From IMG/VR virus record IMGVR_UViG_3300027828_000003: a DNA stretch of 64,000 nt; one strand, 5' to 3'. Origin of the DNA: an uncultured virus (IMG/VR IMGVR_UViG_3300027828_000003). Taxonomy: Duplodnaviria > Heunggongvirae > Uroviricota > Caudoviricetes. The number at the start of each line of letters is the position of its first letter. Position 1 is the stretch's first letter. The notes under the pieces are model-generated. The model was not told the DNA's origin and did not search any database. It was given only the letters and a program-made list of their open reading frames with translations. Both the position numbers and the translations under genes were made by a program. Below are positions 18,745 to 29,044 of this stretch, one piece after another.

Positions 18745-19015
18745 GACCTATTCCGTTTTGGCACCAAATTGGTCCAGCATGTGGGTGGTAAACAATGCTA
18801 AATCATAGGATTATATGATTTACACTCATACTGTAACACGGCTCTATTGGGCGCAAAACCTCATATTTTGTCATTTTACGACATAGTAATGCACTTGGAG
18901 TGCTGACTTTTAAACTGTTCATCTGCTTTCCAGACTGATAGTAACGTATTGGAGTGATTATACTTTTTTGAACTAACTCGTAAACGTCCAATTTCTGGCA
19001 CCGTATTGGTCCAGG

Positions 19016-19091
19016 GCGCCCGTAGCTCAGCTGGTAGAGCATTCGACTTTTAATCGACAGGTCCCAGGTTCGAATCCTGGCGGGCGCACCA
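19016..19091 (+). tRNA. tRNA-Lys(UUU)
   Basis: Cloverleaf: GCGCCCG/CGGGCGC acceptor, TAGCTCAGCTGGTAGAGC D-arm, CTTTTAA loop, GGTTCGAATCC, encoded CCA. Confidence 0.95.
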
Positions 19092-19171
19092 CCTCCACCT
19101 TTCTACAAAAATGCCGGCCGCACAAACGACGACCGGCACATGATGACCAAAAGGTCGATCATTCAGAAGGG

Positions 19172-19540
19172 TTAGTCGTCTTCTTCCTTGTCTGTGTCCG
19201 GTCGACGAAAATAGTCAATCCCAGTGCAAACGGCGAATTCTGACGTCTCCACACCGGGAAGCGCCTTCTGCACTGATCCTGGTAGTTGATATCGCGCCGT
19301 CGGTGCGTGTCTCAATGCTTGGGCTTTGCTCAAAGGCGTCACCGCGTAGATCGAACCGCTTCCGTACCAGGCCGCCGACAGAAGTTTGCCCTCGAACAGA
19401 GCTTCGACTTGGAGCATTTTTGATCCGAATCGCTCGACCTCTTCTATTCGACCGACTAGCGTCCGATGCCCCAAGAACTCAACGAAGGCATATTCGCCAT
19501 CCGGCAGCGCGTCATGCGGTTCAATCGGTTCTGCTTCCAT
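19172..19540 (-). CDS. Conserved hypothetical phage protein
   Basis: AGGAGG RBS; VEFLGHRTLVG..EVERFG motif. Confidence 0.65.
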   Translation of the reverse strand: MEAEPIEPHDALPDGEYAFVEFLGHRTLVGRIEEVERFGSKMLQVEALFEGKLLSAAWYGSGSIYAVTPLSKAQALRHAPTARYQLPGSVQKALPGVETSEFAVCTGIDYFRRPDTDKEEDD

Positions 19541-19556
19541 GCCCTGGATCCTCCTG

Positions 19557-21206
19557 TTAACGGAATAGCTCGTTCACACGAACGCGACCGTCGCTCGTTT
19601 CTTCGATCAGGCTATTGTCTCTGAGCGTCTTCCGGCCGGTGTTCCAATGCCCGCCCATCGGTTTCAAGGACAGAGCTGCGGCCACGTCGTCCCAAGTGGT
19701 GTGTCTAATGCCACCCTTTGCGATCGTCTCAAGCATTCGGTCGGCGGGCCCGGGCAGCTTTTCCAGCCACATGGCCAGCACTTGTTCCTTGGTATGCGGT
19801 TCCTGCCGGACCCCGCCGACGGCTTCTATTCCTGCTTCCGAAGCGCCGATCAGGTCGGTCCCTTCGACATATCCGCTGTCCAACAGGGATTTACGACCGG
19901 AATTGAAGTGGCCGCCGCGCGGCTTGAGCCCTGACAGGGTGGCGATCTGGGTCCATCCGAACTTGGCCGGGTGATGTTGGACGATCGTCCCAAGCATCTT
20001 GCGGCCAGCAGCATGGAGAGACGCCTCATGCGTTTTGCCGACCCGCCGGCCGCCTTTCATGATGACGGTTTTCACGAAATCGTTAACGGGCCGGTCAAGC
20101 TTTTCTTCGGTTTCTGGAAGGGGGATCGCCGTCCACCCATCCGGCGCCTGTGCATTATCAAACCAAGCCATCACGCCATTCCGAGCTGCTGCAACGCCTT
20201 CCTTGCGGCCGTCTTTCAGCCCGTTCCGATAGGCAATCTCTTCCAACCGGCCCGTGTCTTGCCTTTCCTTCACCAATTGCCTTTCCAAGTCGGCAATGCG
20301 ATGGCTGGTTGCCTGTCCGGTTTCTTGATCGACCGGAACATCCGCGAGGCTGGCCCGAAGCTTTTCGACGAATTCACCGACGTCTACCGCGACAGTCGAG
20401 ACCTCGATATCGCCGCGCATGGCGCGCCGGTCAGGGTGGAACGATGCCTTGGGCTGGACGTGGATGCGCTCTATTGTCTCGGCAGCCTCCAACCACGCCC
20501 AACACTCGCCTTGGGGCAGCGTAGGAAGGCTGGCGATGATTTCCTTGCGGTTCGCCATCTCCGCTAGGTCGAGCCATTTGCCCAACGAGGTGAGCGAATT
20601 CTTGCCCTTCTGCCGGTGCAGGAAGAGATTGTCGCAGAGTTCCAACAGCGCCTTGTTCACCTCTTCGGCACGCTGATTGATCAACGTGTAGCCGAGACGG
20701 GAGTTTCCGCCCATTCGGGCCAGCTTTTCGATTTCGGCGTAGACAAGACCGTCTGTTACCTTCTGCGGCGCGAATTCCGCCGCTTCCTCGATAAAGACGT
20801 GGCGAAGGCCATGGGCGCCGTTCTTGTGAAGCAGCAAACGAACCGATTCCCTGACGATCTTTCGCCAATCGGCTTTGCTCAAGTTGATGTCGAAAAGGTC
20901 GATCACCAAAGAGATACCGTTTTCCATCGCTGCTTCGACGATTTGCGGCGCCGTATCGGGCGTCAGGGCAAGGTCGCCATCCTTCCCGCCCGCCACAACG
21001 ATCGGGTATCCCTTGCCCTGCCCAGGAACCCGCAGAAACCGCCATACGCCGATCGGATCGAACGCGATGAAGGGAATGCCGGCATCGAACAACTGCTCTG
21101 CCAACACCGTTGCGGTGTAGGTTTTTCCGCTGTCTCGAATGCCCAGGATCGCGTTTCCCTGCGACCCATAGGCCACCGGGTCAATGCTCAGGATACCGAG
21201 TTTCAT
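19557..21206 (-). CDS. HerA/DUF87-like P-loop ATPase
   Basis: Walker A GIRDSGKT, FDPIG, Walker B VFIEEA, INQR. Confidence 0.8.
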   Translation of the reverse strand: MKLGILSIDPVAYGSQGNAILGIRDSGKTYTATVLAEQLFDAGIPFIAFDPIGVWRFLRVPGQGKGYPIVVAGGKDGDLALTPDTAPQIVEAAMENGISLVIDLFDINLSKADWRKIVRESVRLLLHKNGAHGLRHVFIEEAAEFAPQKVTDGLVYAEIEKLARMGGNSRLGYTLINQRAEEVNKALLELCDNLFLHRQKGKNSLTSLGKWLDLAEMANRKEIIASLPTLPQGECWAWLEAAETIERIHVQPKASFHPDRRAMRGDIEVSTVAVDVGEFVEKLRASLADVPVDQETGQATSHRIADLERQLVKERQDTGRLEEIAYRNGLKDGRKEGVAAARNGVMAWFDNAQAPDGWTAIPLPETEEKLDRPVNDFVKTVIMKGGRRVGKTHEASLHAAGRKMLGTIVQHHPAKFGWTQIATLSGLKPRGGHFNSGRKSLLDSGYVEGTDLIGASEAGIEAVGGVRQEPHTKEQVLAMWLEKLPGPADRMLETIAKGGIRHTTWDDVAAALSLKPMGGHWNTGRKTLRDNSLIEETSDGRVRVNELFR

Positions 21207-21211
21207 TGTTT

Positions 21212-21691
21212 CTACCCCGCGGCCCCGGAATTCGCTTGCGCCTTCACGAGGTTGAATACCTGCTTGCGGACCGATGGGTCTTTGATCTTGTAGTAGGCCC
21301 GCGCAAGCTCCAAAGTCTCGCGCTTCACCATCGGATCGGCCTCGAATTCGACTTCTGGCGTCGCGGCGCCGGTCACGCCGGCGCGTAGCCGAGGACTGTT
21401 ACCGGAAACGTCGGATGGCATGTTCTCGTAGAAGAACACCAGCGGAACGTCCAAAACGTTGGCCAGATCCCAAAGTCGAGATGCGCCGACGCGGTTCGTG
21501 CCGCGCTCGTACTTCTGCACTTGCTGAAAAGTCAGACCGAGAGAATCGCCTAGTTTCTGCTGGCTCATGCCGAGAATGATGCGACGTTCACGTATGCGCC
21601 TGCCGACATGGATGTCGATCGGATTCGGGACACCAGGCCGACCGGCCGGGATCACCTTCGAGAGGGTTGCAGTGGTTGTTACCTGATCCAT
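21212..21691 (-). CDS. XRE-family HTH regulator
   Basis: IDIHVG.RIR.RR...GMSQ.KLG..LGLTFQQVQKYERG.NRVGASRL. Confidence 0.9.
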   Translation of the reverse strand: MDQVTTTATLSKVIPAGRPGVPNPIDIHVGRRIRERRIILGMSQQKLGDSLGLTFQQVQKYERGTNRVGASRLWDLANVLDVPLVFFYENMPSDVSGNSPRLRAGVTGAATPEVEFEADPMVKRETLELARAYYKIKDPSVRKQVFNLVKAQANSGAAG

Positions 21692-21716
21692 GGTTCTCTC
21701 CTATCTCCGTTCAGGT

Positions 21717-21974
21717 TTACTCAGTGGTTGACGTCCGTTCGTTGGCGTCCACCCAGTCCAGCAAGTCGCCTCGCCGATATCGAACAGGTGCCCGAGGGCC
21801 CTTGCCGAGCTTCAGATACTTCGGACCGATCCCTTTGATCCGATAGTTGCCGAGTGTGCCGGTGCTCAAGTTCAGCAGCTTTGCTGCAGCAGATGGGGTC
21901 AGACGATCCTCCAACCCCTGATCATGCTGGTTATCTCGCCGCTCGTTCGTTTGGGTATGCTCTTGAACCTGCAT
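21717..21974 (-). CDS. Excisionase/AlpA-like HTH protein
   Basis: LTP..AA..L.LS.GTL...R..G.GPKYLK...VRYR. Confidence 0.8.
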   Translation of the reverse strand: MQVQEHTQTNERRDNQHDQGLEDRLTPSAAAKLLNLSTGTLGNYRIKGIGPKYLKLGKGPRAPVRYRRGDLLDWVDANERTSTTE

Positions 21975-23668
21975 CAAGCTGCCTCACGATTCTTGCTTAT
22001 CAGTTGAGAGAACGGCACCGCATTGCCATTTTCCATCCAATAGCTGATACCGGCGCCGGCTTTCTCGAGATCCGGAACGGTCGAGATTTTCTCGGTCATC
22101 AATGCAATGACGGCAGAGATTCCGGTCTTTTGGACCGCACGAATGACGCCACCCCGCGTTGACGGTGGCAAAACATCCAGATCGTCGATCACAACGATCC
22201 CGGAACCATCACACATGGCCATCGCCAATTGCAGGATTATTCGGCCCCTCGCCTTCTCGGAACGGCTCAGGTCCGGATACTCCCGACCGTCGAAGGTCAC
22301 ACTCAAATCTGGCGTGAGTTCGATCGTGGGCCACTTGGCTGCGGCGCACAGCGGTTCCATTTTCTCTTCGTTGAACGCCTTGATCCCGCGCAACAGCACC
22401 AGTTTCCGGACCCCATCTTGCTCCAAGGCGTTGATGATGGACTGGTTCGTCTGGATCGACCGGTGATGCTTGTGCGCCGATGTGTACTTGTTGAAGGCGT
22501 TAATCCGAGAATCCGCCTCGCGCAACGCTTCGCGCGCTTTGTCGACTTCCTCCTGAGAGACGCGCTCCGAACCTTCGATTTCGTCCAGCTCTTTCTGAGC
22601 CTTTTTTGCGTCCTCGACCGCGGTTTCCTGAGTTCGAACGTCACCTTTCGCGGTGGACAGTTCTCGTTGAACCTTCGCCAAGTTGTCCTGCAGTCGGTTC
22701 CGTTGTTCGGTGCGTTCAGCCGGTTCGTCAACGTCGGGATCGTCAAGCTTCACCAACTTGACTTCGAGACCCTTCTCGACCCCGACTTCACAACCACACT
22801 CTGGGCAGATCGTTTTCGGCAATGACGCCGGCGGTGACGGGATTTTGTCCAGTTCTCGCTGGACCCGAGACGCGTCGTCACTCAGCACATCATGGCGTTC
22901 CTTGGCTTTTTCCAAGGCCGCCTCGGCATCTTCCAAGATTGATGCCCGCTGGCGTAGCGATTCCAGCCGGTCTTCGGAGACCGCCGCTTTGCCGATCGCC
23001 TTCTCAAGAACCTGGTTCGCTTCAGAGCGTTCCCGTTGGAGCGAATCCAACGACGTGGCATCCAGCCCGTCGAACCAATCGTCGGGCACCCACGTTTCGG
23101 CTTTCTTCGACCCGTATTCTTGACCGGTGATTTCCCGCCATAAACCCTTCAATTCGATGCGCCGCGCCTTACCCTGTTCCAAGGTGCCGTCCCAGCCATG
23201 CTCCTGGATCTTCTCCCAGACCTTATCGACCACATTTTCATTCACGCCTTCGTCGCCCAGGAAATGGATCAGATCCTTCTTGGTCGGCTCGACAGAGATG
23301 TATTCGCTCATCTCCCCGCCGCGTTTCTTCGGGTCGAGCTCGGGCAAGCTCAGCGTGCCGATCGCGTACGCCGAGGCTGTTACAGGGTCGCCGAAGACAT
23401 TGTATTCAGCTTTTGGGTAGGCGATATCGGCCTGCCCGCCTTCACTCTCGACGATGACGCTTCCTTTCGAACACCCGACACGGATCAGTTCGCCGGCCCG
23501 GGACTTCGCCTTGACGCCGCCGACAACCGGCTGACCGGTGGAAACAGCGGAAATAGCGAAACATGCCGAGGACTTCCCTGCCCCACCGGTACCGGCCAAT
23601 ATCGCGATCGGTGAGACGTCAATGTCGGCGCGCTCGACGCCGCGGATATTCCTGATCTGAAACTTCAT
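21974..23668 (-). CDS. SbcC/Rad50-like ATPase
   Basis: Walker A GTGGAGKSS, coiled coil with CPECG zinc hook, LS..E signature, VVIDD Walker B. Confidence 0.8.
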   Translation of the reverse strand: MKFQIRNIRGVERADIDVSPIAILAGTGGAGKSSACFAISAVSTGQPVVGGVKAKSRAGELIRVGCSKGSVIVESEGGQADIAYPKAEYNVFGDPVTASAYAIGTLSLPELDPKKRGGEMSEYISVEPTKKDLIHFLGDEGVNENVVDKVWEKIQEHGWDGTLEQGKARRIELKGLWREITGQEYGSKKAETWVPDDWFDGLDATSLDSLQRERSEANQVLEKAIGKAAVSEDRLESLRQRASILEDAEAALEKAKERHDVLSDDASRVQRELDKIPSPPASLPKTICPECGCEVGVEKGLEVKLVKLDDPDVDEPAERTEQRNRLQDNLAKVQRELSTAKGDVRTQETAVEDAKKAQKELDEIEGSERVSQEEVDKAREALREADSRINAFNKYTSAHKHHRSIQTNQSIINALEQDGVRKLVLLRGIKAFNEEKMEPLCAAAKWPTIELTPDLSVTFDGREYPDLSRSEKARGRIILQLAMAMCDGSGIVVIDDLDVLPPSTRGGVIRAVQKTGISAVIALMTEKISTVPDLEKAGAGISYWMENGNAVPFSQLISKNREAA

Positions 23669-23671
23669 CGA

Positions 23672-24823
23672 CTATTCTCCGAAATCAAGGCCGTCTTGAT
23701 CCGAAGCGCCTTCGTCATTGGGCTGCGGACGATTAAGAAATTCAGGGATTTGGGGGGCGCCATCGGCAACCGTTTCTTCATCTGCCGACGTTTGCTCTCC
23801 CTCATCGGTATCGGTCTCGTCCGACTCGTCGTCCTCACCTTCGGTAGTAGAGGCCGTCGTCTCAGTGTCGGTTTCTGCTTTCTTCGTCGCGGCTTTCTTG
23901 GCGGCGGCCTTCTTCGCGGGAGGCTTGTTGGCCGGTGGCGCATCGTCTTCAGCGAGCTCTTGCTTCCGCTCGGCCGACCGCCGTTCGTAAACCTCGTTGG
24001 CGTGTTCGGCTGCCGGAAAAACGTCCTGGGCAGAGGCCATTCCTTCCTCGATACTGCGTAGGTTGACCAACACGCGAGCCGTATCGTTGACCAACCATTC
24101 CTTCCGTTTCTTCCCGACCACCGCTTCAATTCGGCTGATGTCGAGATTGTGTCGGGCGCAGACATCGTCGATGAACCGATCAGCCTTTTCCTTGTTGTTC
24201 TCGACCCAGGAGCTCAGATTCTTCTTCGCCTCCTGCATCGCGAAATTCACATAGGTGGAGAGTGCGTTCGTGACGACGTTCCTGATCGCTTTCGACGACC
24301 CAATTTGATAGACGATATCAAGCGCTCGCTCGGCGTCCTTCATGCCGATATTCTGTTCGCGCCGCTGCCTGAACGAACGGGCCATCATGAAACCGGACTC
24401 TCTATCGACAAAGAGAGCGACGAACTCCCAATAGTCGCCCAAGTCCTTGACGTCGATTACACCGGCAAAGCAGTTTCCGTAGAGCCGAGCGATATCGTTC
24501 GCCAATTTGATCGTCGGCCCCTCCACCGTGTCGACCGTACCTTGCCGCCGGTTCTTCACCGGCCAGGAATAGTAATAGGTTTGCGCATTCGCGGCCGCAT
24601 GTGCACGGATTTGGTTGAGGATCCACCCGTGATCGCGAGGCCTTACAATCGGCGTCGTCAACGCCATTCCCAAACCGGCCAGAGCCATCTGGCTTCCCTG
24701 ATTGGGGGACAGTGCCGGCGGCTTGCCGTTCATTTCTACGGACATCTCACCCAGCATCTCGAAATCACCTGCCCCGAACCCTGACGGATGCGCCAGGTCC
24801 GGTGCGTTTCGACCGTTGCTCAT
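23672..24823 (-). CDS. Putative recombination/single-strand annealing protein with acidic tail
   Basis: VEGPTIKLA..IAR.YGN motif; lies between nuclease and SbcC-like genes. Confidence 0.55.
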   Translation of the reverse strand: MSNGRNAPDLAHPSGFGAGDFEMLGEMSVEMNGKPPALSPNQGSQMALAGLGMALTTPIVRPRDHGWILNQIRAHAAANAQTYYYSWPVKNRRQGTVDTVEGPTIKLANDIARLYGNCFAGVIDVKDLGDYWEFVALFVDRESGFMMARSFRQRREQNIGMKDAERALDIVYQIGSSKAIRNVVTNALSTYVNFAMQEAKKNLSSWVENNKEKADRFIDDVCARHNLDISRIEAVVGKKRKEWLVNDTARVLVNLRSIEEGMASAQDVFPAAEHANEVYERRSAERKQELAEDDAPPANKPPAKKAAAKKAATKKAETDTETTASTTEGEDDESDETDTDEGEQTSADEETVADGAPQIPEFLNRPQPNDEGASDQDGLDFGE

Positions 24824-25665
24824 TGCTGCTCCTTGTATTCCCATTCTTTGCAGAAGGAAGTGCCCCATGCAGGACACCACTTGTCGCTGCACAACGACGA
24901 CATGGGGTTGACGTCGAAGGCATATTCAGGTGGACCGAAATCGTGTTCGACACGCGCCCGAAATTCCTTGAGATCGCCGATCACCCTGCGGACGCGGGAA
25001 ATCGCCAACTGCTCGATATCTTTGACTGGATAGGTAGTTGTCACCGCCGGCGGTTGTTCCTTATTCGGCGCGACACGCTGGATGAAATCGACCTTGCCGT
25101 GGTGGATCAGGCGGCCATGCGAACGTGACAGAAGCGAATAGGCTCCCAGCTGCGCCGCGTGCGTTCGCGATGCGACACCTGTCTTCAGATCACGGATTGC
25201 ACCAGGTTCAATGGTTTCGTTGTCGGCGGTGCCGCCAAGGACGAACCCATCCTCGATTTTGGCTTCAAGCCTGGTTTCCACTGCGATGGGAGCGATCTTC
25301 GGCGCCAACTGTTCATGAAATACCCGAACCATTCGCCGGACTTGTTTTTCAGCAACACGGCGCGTTTCGGTTTTCGTATCGAAGACCGCCCCCTTCTGCA
25401 TCGCTTGGTTGAGAGATTCGATGCCGACTTCGGTTCCAGAATCGAGAGACCCAGGCTCGCCGGTTTTGAGTTTTGTTCTCAGGATATCAGCCGCACCTTC
25501 GTGAACGGCCGTCCCGAGGACCGGCGCAATGCCGGTAGCTGTTTCGCGCAAGAGGAAGCCAGCGGCCTCGATTTCAAAACGGAAAAGTTTCGCGGCTTCA
25601 CGCCGCGGACAGTCACCATAACCTGACAGTGAAGACGGACGGATGATGGTTAGGTGTTTGGTCAT
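24820..25665 (-). CDS. PD-(D/E)XK RecB/Cas4-like exonuclease
   Basis: SSL...DCPR, GTAVH, GTAD..IRDLKTG, QL.AY, C-terminal C..KWCP...C. Confidence 0.85.
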   Translation of the reverse strand: MTKHLTIIRPSSLSGYGDCPRREAAKLFRFEIEAAGFLLRETATGIAPVLGTAVHEGAADILRTKLKTGEPGSLDSGTEVGIESLNQAMQKGAVFDTKTETRRVAEKQVRRMVRVFHEQLAPKIAPIAVETRLEAKIEDGFVLGGTADNETIEPGAIRDLKTGVASRTHAAQLGAYSLLSRSHGRLIHHGKVDFIQRVAPNKEQPPAVTTTYPVKDIEQLAISRVRRVIGDLKEFRARVEHDFGPPEYAFDVNPMSSLCSDKWCPAWGTSFCKEWEYKEQQ

Positions 25666-25760
25666 AGGCTCGGCGATAATGTGTTTTGCTCATACTGTAT
25701 TAGTTTTTCTCATACTCCAAGGCAAGTGAAAAAATGATAAATTATGAAAAAAACTCGTAA

Positions 25761-26384
25761 TCAGTCAGTATGATTCTGGGAACGTTTCACCCAAGTGACC
25801 GGTGCGCACCAATCGACCCGGACATTCATCAGCTCCGGCGCGTTGTAGGAAGCAAGGGTATAAACGCCTTTTTTGGATCCAGACATGATCCTCTTTACGA
25901 CGATCGGACCGTCTTTCATTTTCACGACACACTCTCGACCGATGGCATCACCTGCATCGAGAGACTCGTTGTCGTTGTAGAAGATTTGATCGCCGTCGCG
26001 ATAGACCGGCCACATCGAAGTTCCACGGACGATCACGCATTTGGTAGGAGCCGGCGTATCCTTGTCGGCTGCCGGTGGCGCGACTGTATCCTGGATCACC
26101 CCATCACTTACGCCATGCACTTCGTTCCCGGGTCCGACGAACCCAACCACCGGCACGATTTTTTCCTTGGCGCCGTCTCCGCCAGTGTCGCCGAACATCA
26201 AAAATTCAGGCGTCAAATACAGAACGCCGGCAAGTTCGACCAGCTTTTCCTGTCGTGGTTTCGTCTTTCCGGTTTCCCAAAGTGCTATGGACGACTGGTC
26301 GACTCCAACCAATTCCGCCAAACGTGTTTGGGAGATACGAAGTGCAATTCGCGCCTCTTTAATGCGCGTTGCGAAAGTGTTCAT
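25761..26384 (-). CDS. CI-like repressor (XRE HTH + S24 peptidase)
   Basis: HTH N-terminus; VRGTSMWP and VVKR catalytic Ser/Lys; divergent from cro-like gene. Confidence 0.9.
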   Translation of the reverse strand: MNTFATRIKEARIALRISQTRLAELVGVDQSSIALWETGKTKPRQEKLVELAGVLYLTPEFLMFGDTGGDGAKEKIVPVVGFVGPGNEVHGVSDGVIQDTVAPPAADKDTPAPTKCVIVRGTSMWPVYRDGDQIFYNDNESLDAGDAIGRECVVKMKDGPIVVKRIMSGSKKGVYTLASYNAPELMNVRVDWCAPVTWVKRSQNHTD

Positions 26385-26471
26385 GCTCTATCCTAACCTG
26401 CATCCGTCTAACAGGTACCCAACACATAATATGAAATATGCCCATAAGGCAACGCAATGTGCGTTTTTTCA

Positions 26472-26501
26472 TTGACGAATGAGATTAACTCATAATTTAA
26501 T
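26472..26501 (+). promoter_or_regulatory. PR-like promoter with overlapping operator ATGAGATTAACTCAT (26479-26493)
   Basis: TTGACG-N18-TTTAAT upstream of cro-like gene; palindrome in spacer. Confidence 0.6.
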
Positions 26502-26526
26502 CCCTAAGTTAATGCAGAGGTAGACA

Positions 26527-26814
26527 ATGTCTGTTCAGACACAGATCGTTGACAGAATAATCCGACTTTTCGGAACCCAGGAAAAATTGGCGTCTCGGCT
26601 CAATCTCGACCAGTCGACCATTTCCTTGTGGAAGAAGAAAGGCAGTATCCCTTCGGCCAGACAGCCGCAAATCATTGAAGAGTCGCACAAGTTGGTTGCT
26701 GAAAACCAACTCCGGTACCCTCTTGTGCCAGACGACTTCTTTTACCTCCCGACGGATGAGAGGTATCGCGGTCACGGGGAGGATATCGAGATTCCGGTCG
26801 ACACTGCTGCCTGA
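26527..26814 (+). CDS. Cro-like HTH protein
   Basis: FGTQEKLA..L.LDQSTISLWKKKGSIP. Confidence 0.85.
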   Translation: MSVQTQIVDRIIRLFGTQEKLASRLNLDQSTISLWKKKGSIPSARQPQIIEESHKLVAENQLRYPLVPDDFFYLPTDERYRGHGEDIEIPVDTAA

Positions 26815-26834
26815 AGCTGAAAGCGAGGCACAGC

Positions 26835-27278
26835 ATGGACAACCAATCCCAGAACGAAACGGGCGTGAGTCAATCGCTCGGCGTGACCGGCGAAAGACTG
26901 CGGTCGTTCATCGAACGGATCGAGCGGCTGGAAGAGGAAAAGGCCGCCCTGGCGGAAGACATCAAGGAAGTCTTCGCGGAGGCCAAAGACACCGGCTTCG
27001 ATGTGAAGATCATGCGCAAGATCATCCGCATGCGGAAGCAGGACCTGAACGAGCGCAAGGAAGAAGAGGCGCTGCTGGAAACCTACATGGCCGCACTCGG
27101 CATGGACGGCACCCCGCTCGGTGACTATGCGGATCGAGTGAGCGAAAAGATCGATGCTCTCGGAGAACCCCGTGAATTGACTGCCGAAGAGAAGGAAAAA
27201 GGCGTCTTCGCTGCCTTTGAGAAAGACGGCCACAGGATGACCTTGTCGACGGGCCCGGGCCGACCTGAAGCCGCATAG
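26835..27278 (+). CDS. gapR: GapR/DUF2312 DNA-binding protein
   Basis: LRSFIERIERLEEEK..L.EDIKEVFAEAK..GFDVK.MR.II.MRK. Confidence 0.9.
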   Translation: MDNQSQNETGVSQSLGVTGERLRSFIERIERLEEEKAALAEDIKEVFAEAKDTGFDVKIMRKIIRMRKQDLNERKEEEALLETYMAALGMDGTPLGDYADRVSEKIDALGEPRELTAEEKEKGVFAAFEKDGHRMTLSTGPGRPEAA

Positions 27279-27280
27279 CG

Positions 27281-27709
27281 GTGGGCGTCCCTTATCAGTT
27301 GGTCAGGGTACTAAACCGGCCAACACTTTCCCAGAACGTCAAGCTGAAGCCCGAACAAGGCATATGCGTCGATTTGGCGAACCGGCTGCGGGCTTTCTCT
27401 CTTGAAGGGCGTCTTCGGTGCGTTTGGTGGCATACGCCGAACGAGATCGGTTTCGTTCCTGGTCGGTTGGGAAAACTGAAATACGCGGTCGCCCGCGCCA
27501 TGGGGCTCATCGCCGGTGCGCCGGACTACGTGTTTATTGGCGAGAAAGTCGCTCTCCTGGTCGAGATGAAAACCGAAACCGGGACTCGGAGCGAACAACA
27601 GAAGGACTTCGAGACATGGTGTGTATTCATGGGATTACAGGTCCATTTATGCCGCAGCGTGGCCGACGTCGAAACCCTGCTGACGAAAAACGGACTCTTG
27701 CTCAAATAG
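27281..27709 (+). CDS. VRR-NUC family nuclease
   Basis: H.PN, G..AG.PD, EMK...G..S..QK.F. Confidence 0.8.
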   Translation: MGVPYQLVRVLNRPTLSQNVKLKPEQGICVDLANRLRAFSLEGRLRCVWWHTPNEIGFVPGRLGKLKYAVARAMGLIAGAPDYVFIGEKVALLVEMKTETGTRSEQQKDFETWCVFMGLQVHLCRSVADVETLLTKNGLLLK

Positions 27710-27908
27710 AGGCCGAGGCCGAACTCGTGGCGCGCGAGCATGTGGACTACTGCCACAACCAGCTCTGCCATCCCTTTTACGAGATCATCCAAAATGTCGG
27801 TGAGGTTCCGCCGGCGCGGAGCATTGTCGGTCGCGACGACGCCATAGCGGCCGTCGTCATCGCTTGGCGCAAGCTGACACATGACGCTGCGACTGTACTG
27901 GCCGCTTG

Positions 27909-28565
27909 ATGTCCGTCTCTGCCACACGGGCTGGAAACGTCGGCGTCGCCGATCCGGAACGGCACCCCCACAATTTCTACCGGACACAGTCCTACGCCGT
28001 TGATGCGCTATTTGTCGCTCTAGAGCGATCAGGCTTCCCGATCTGCGGGAAAGTCGTCGATCCCTGTTGCGGCGACGGCGCCATCATGGATGCGTTAGCG
28101 AAACACGGCATTCACGTAACTGGGGCCGACTTGCACGATCGCGGCCGCGGCGTGGTCGGACTCAACTACATGGATCCACATTGGTTCGAGCGGACCGGAT
28201 TTCAGAGGCCGGACTGGGTCGTGATGAACCCGCCCTACGGTGACGGCCTCCCAGTTCTCATGCTCGATAGAGCGCTTGGCATGGCCTCGAAAGGTGTCGC
28301 TGCTCTTGTCAGGGCCGGATTCATCCCACCTATCGGCGAGCGCGACATGCCGTGTCAACGCTGGGATTTCCTGGAAGACCCTAGAATGTTCCTTGAGGTT
28401 CATGTCGGCCGGATGCGCTTTCTTCCACCGGGACGAGACAAAGGCAAGAACGGGCTTGCCGATTTCGTGTGGCTCGTTTTTCGCCAAGACAAGACTACGC
28501 CTGGTTTTGTCAGAATGCACTTCAAACGACTGATAGGAGAGAACAATGGCGGTGAACTACAATAA
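27909..28565 (+). CDS. Putative amino-methyltransferase
   Basis: FY.T, DPCCGDGAI SAM motif, MNPPY. Confidence 0.75.
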   Translation: MSVSATRAGNVGVADPERHPHNFYRTQSYAVDALFVALERSGFPICGKVVDPCCGDGAIMDALAKHGIHVTGADLHDRGRGVVGLNYMDPHWFERTGFQRPDWVVMNPPYGDGLPVLMLDRALGMASKGVAALVRAGFIPPIGERDMPCQRWDFLEDPRMFLEVHVGRMRFLPPGRDKGKNGLADFVWLVFRQDKTTPGFVRMHFKRLIGENNGGELQ

Positions 28566-28959
28566 AGCGATCCTGTTGGGGAACGTCGGGAAAGATCCGG
28601 AAATCAGAACGACCCAAGGGGGCACAAAGGTTGCGAATTTCTCTCTCGCGACCAATGAAAGCTGGAAAGACGACAATGGTAACTGGCAACAGTCTACCGA
28701 ATGGCACCGCATTGTCGTTTTCGGGCCCCTCGTCGACATGGTTGCAAATAGAATCCGGTCAGGAAGCATTGTTCACGTCGACGGGAAGATCAAATACCGG
28801 AAATGGACCGATCGGCGCACCAACCAGGAACGCATAACTACAGAGATTCATGTGACCCAGTTCAAAGGCGAATTGAAGGTCTTGGACAAGAGCACCGAAA
28901 GTAATCATCAACAAAACCTACTGCCGGAACCGTCTGACTTCGACGAGCAGTACGGATGA
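28546..28959 (+). CDS. ssb: Single-stranded DNA-binding protein
   Basis: NKAILLGNVGKDPEIR, ANFSLATNESWKD, TEWHRIV. Confidence 0.95.
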   Translation: MAVNYNKAILLGNVGKDPEIRTTQGGTKVANFSLATNESWKDDNGNWQQSTEWHRIVVFGPLVDMVANRIRSGSIVHVDGKIKYRKWTDRRTNQERITTEIHVTQFKGELKVLDKSTESNHQQNLLPEPSDFDEQYG

Positions 28960-29044
28960 TATGAGAAAAAGCCATATCAAATAATTGCTGAACGAAAAAA
29001 CATGAGCTAAACTCATTTTCTAGAGTTGTTTGGGATGAGGATTT

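Noticed and set aside
24820..25665. Cas4 as part of a CRISPR system
   Set aside because: It sits in a phage recombination module with no array or other cas genes.
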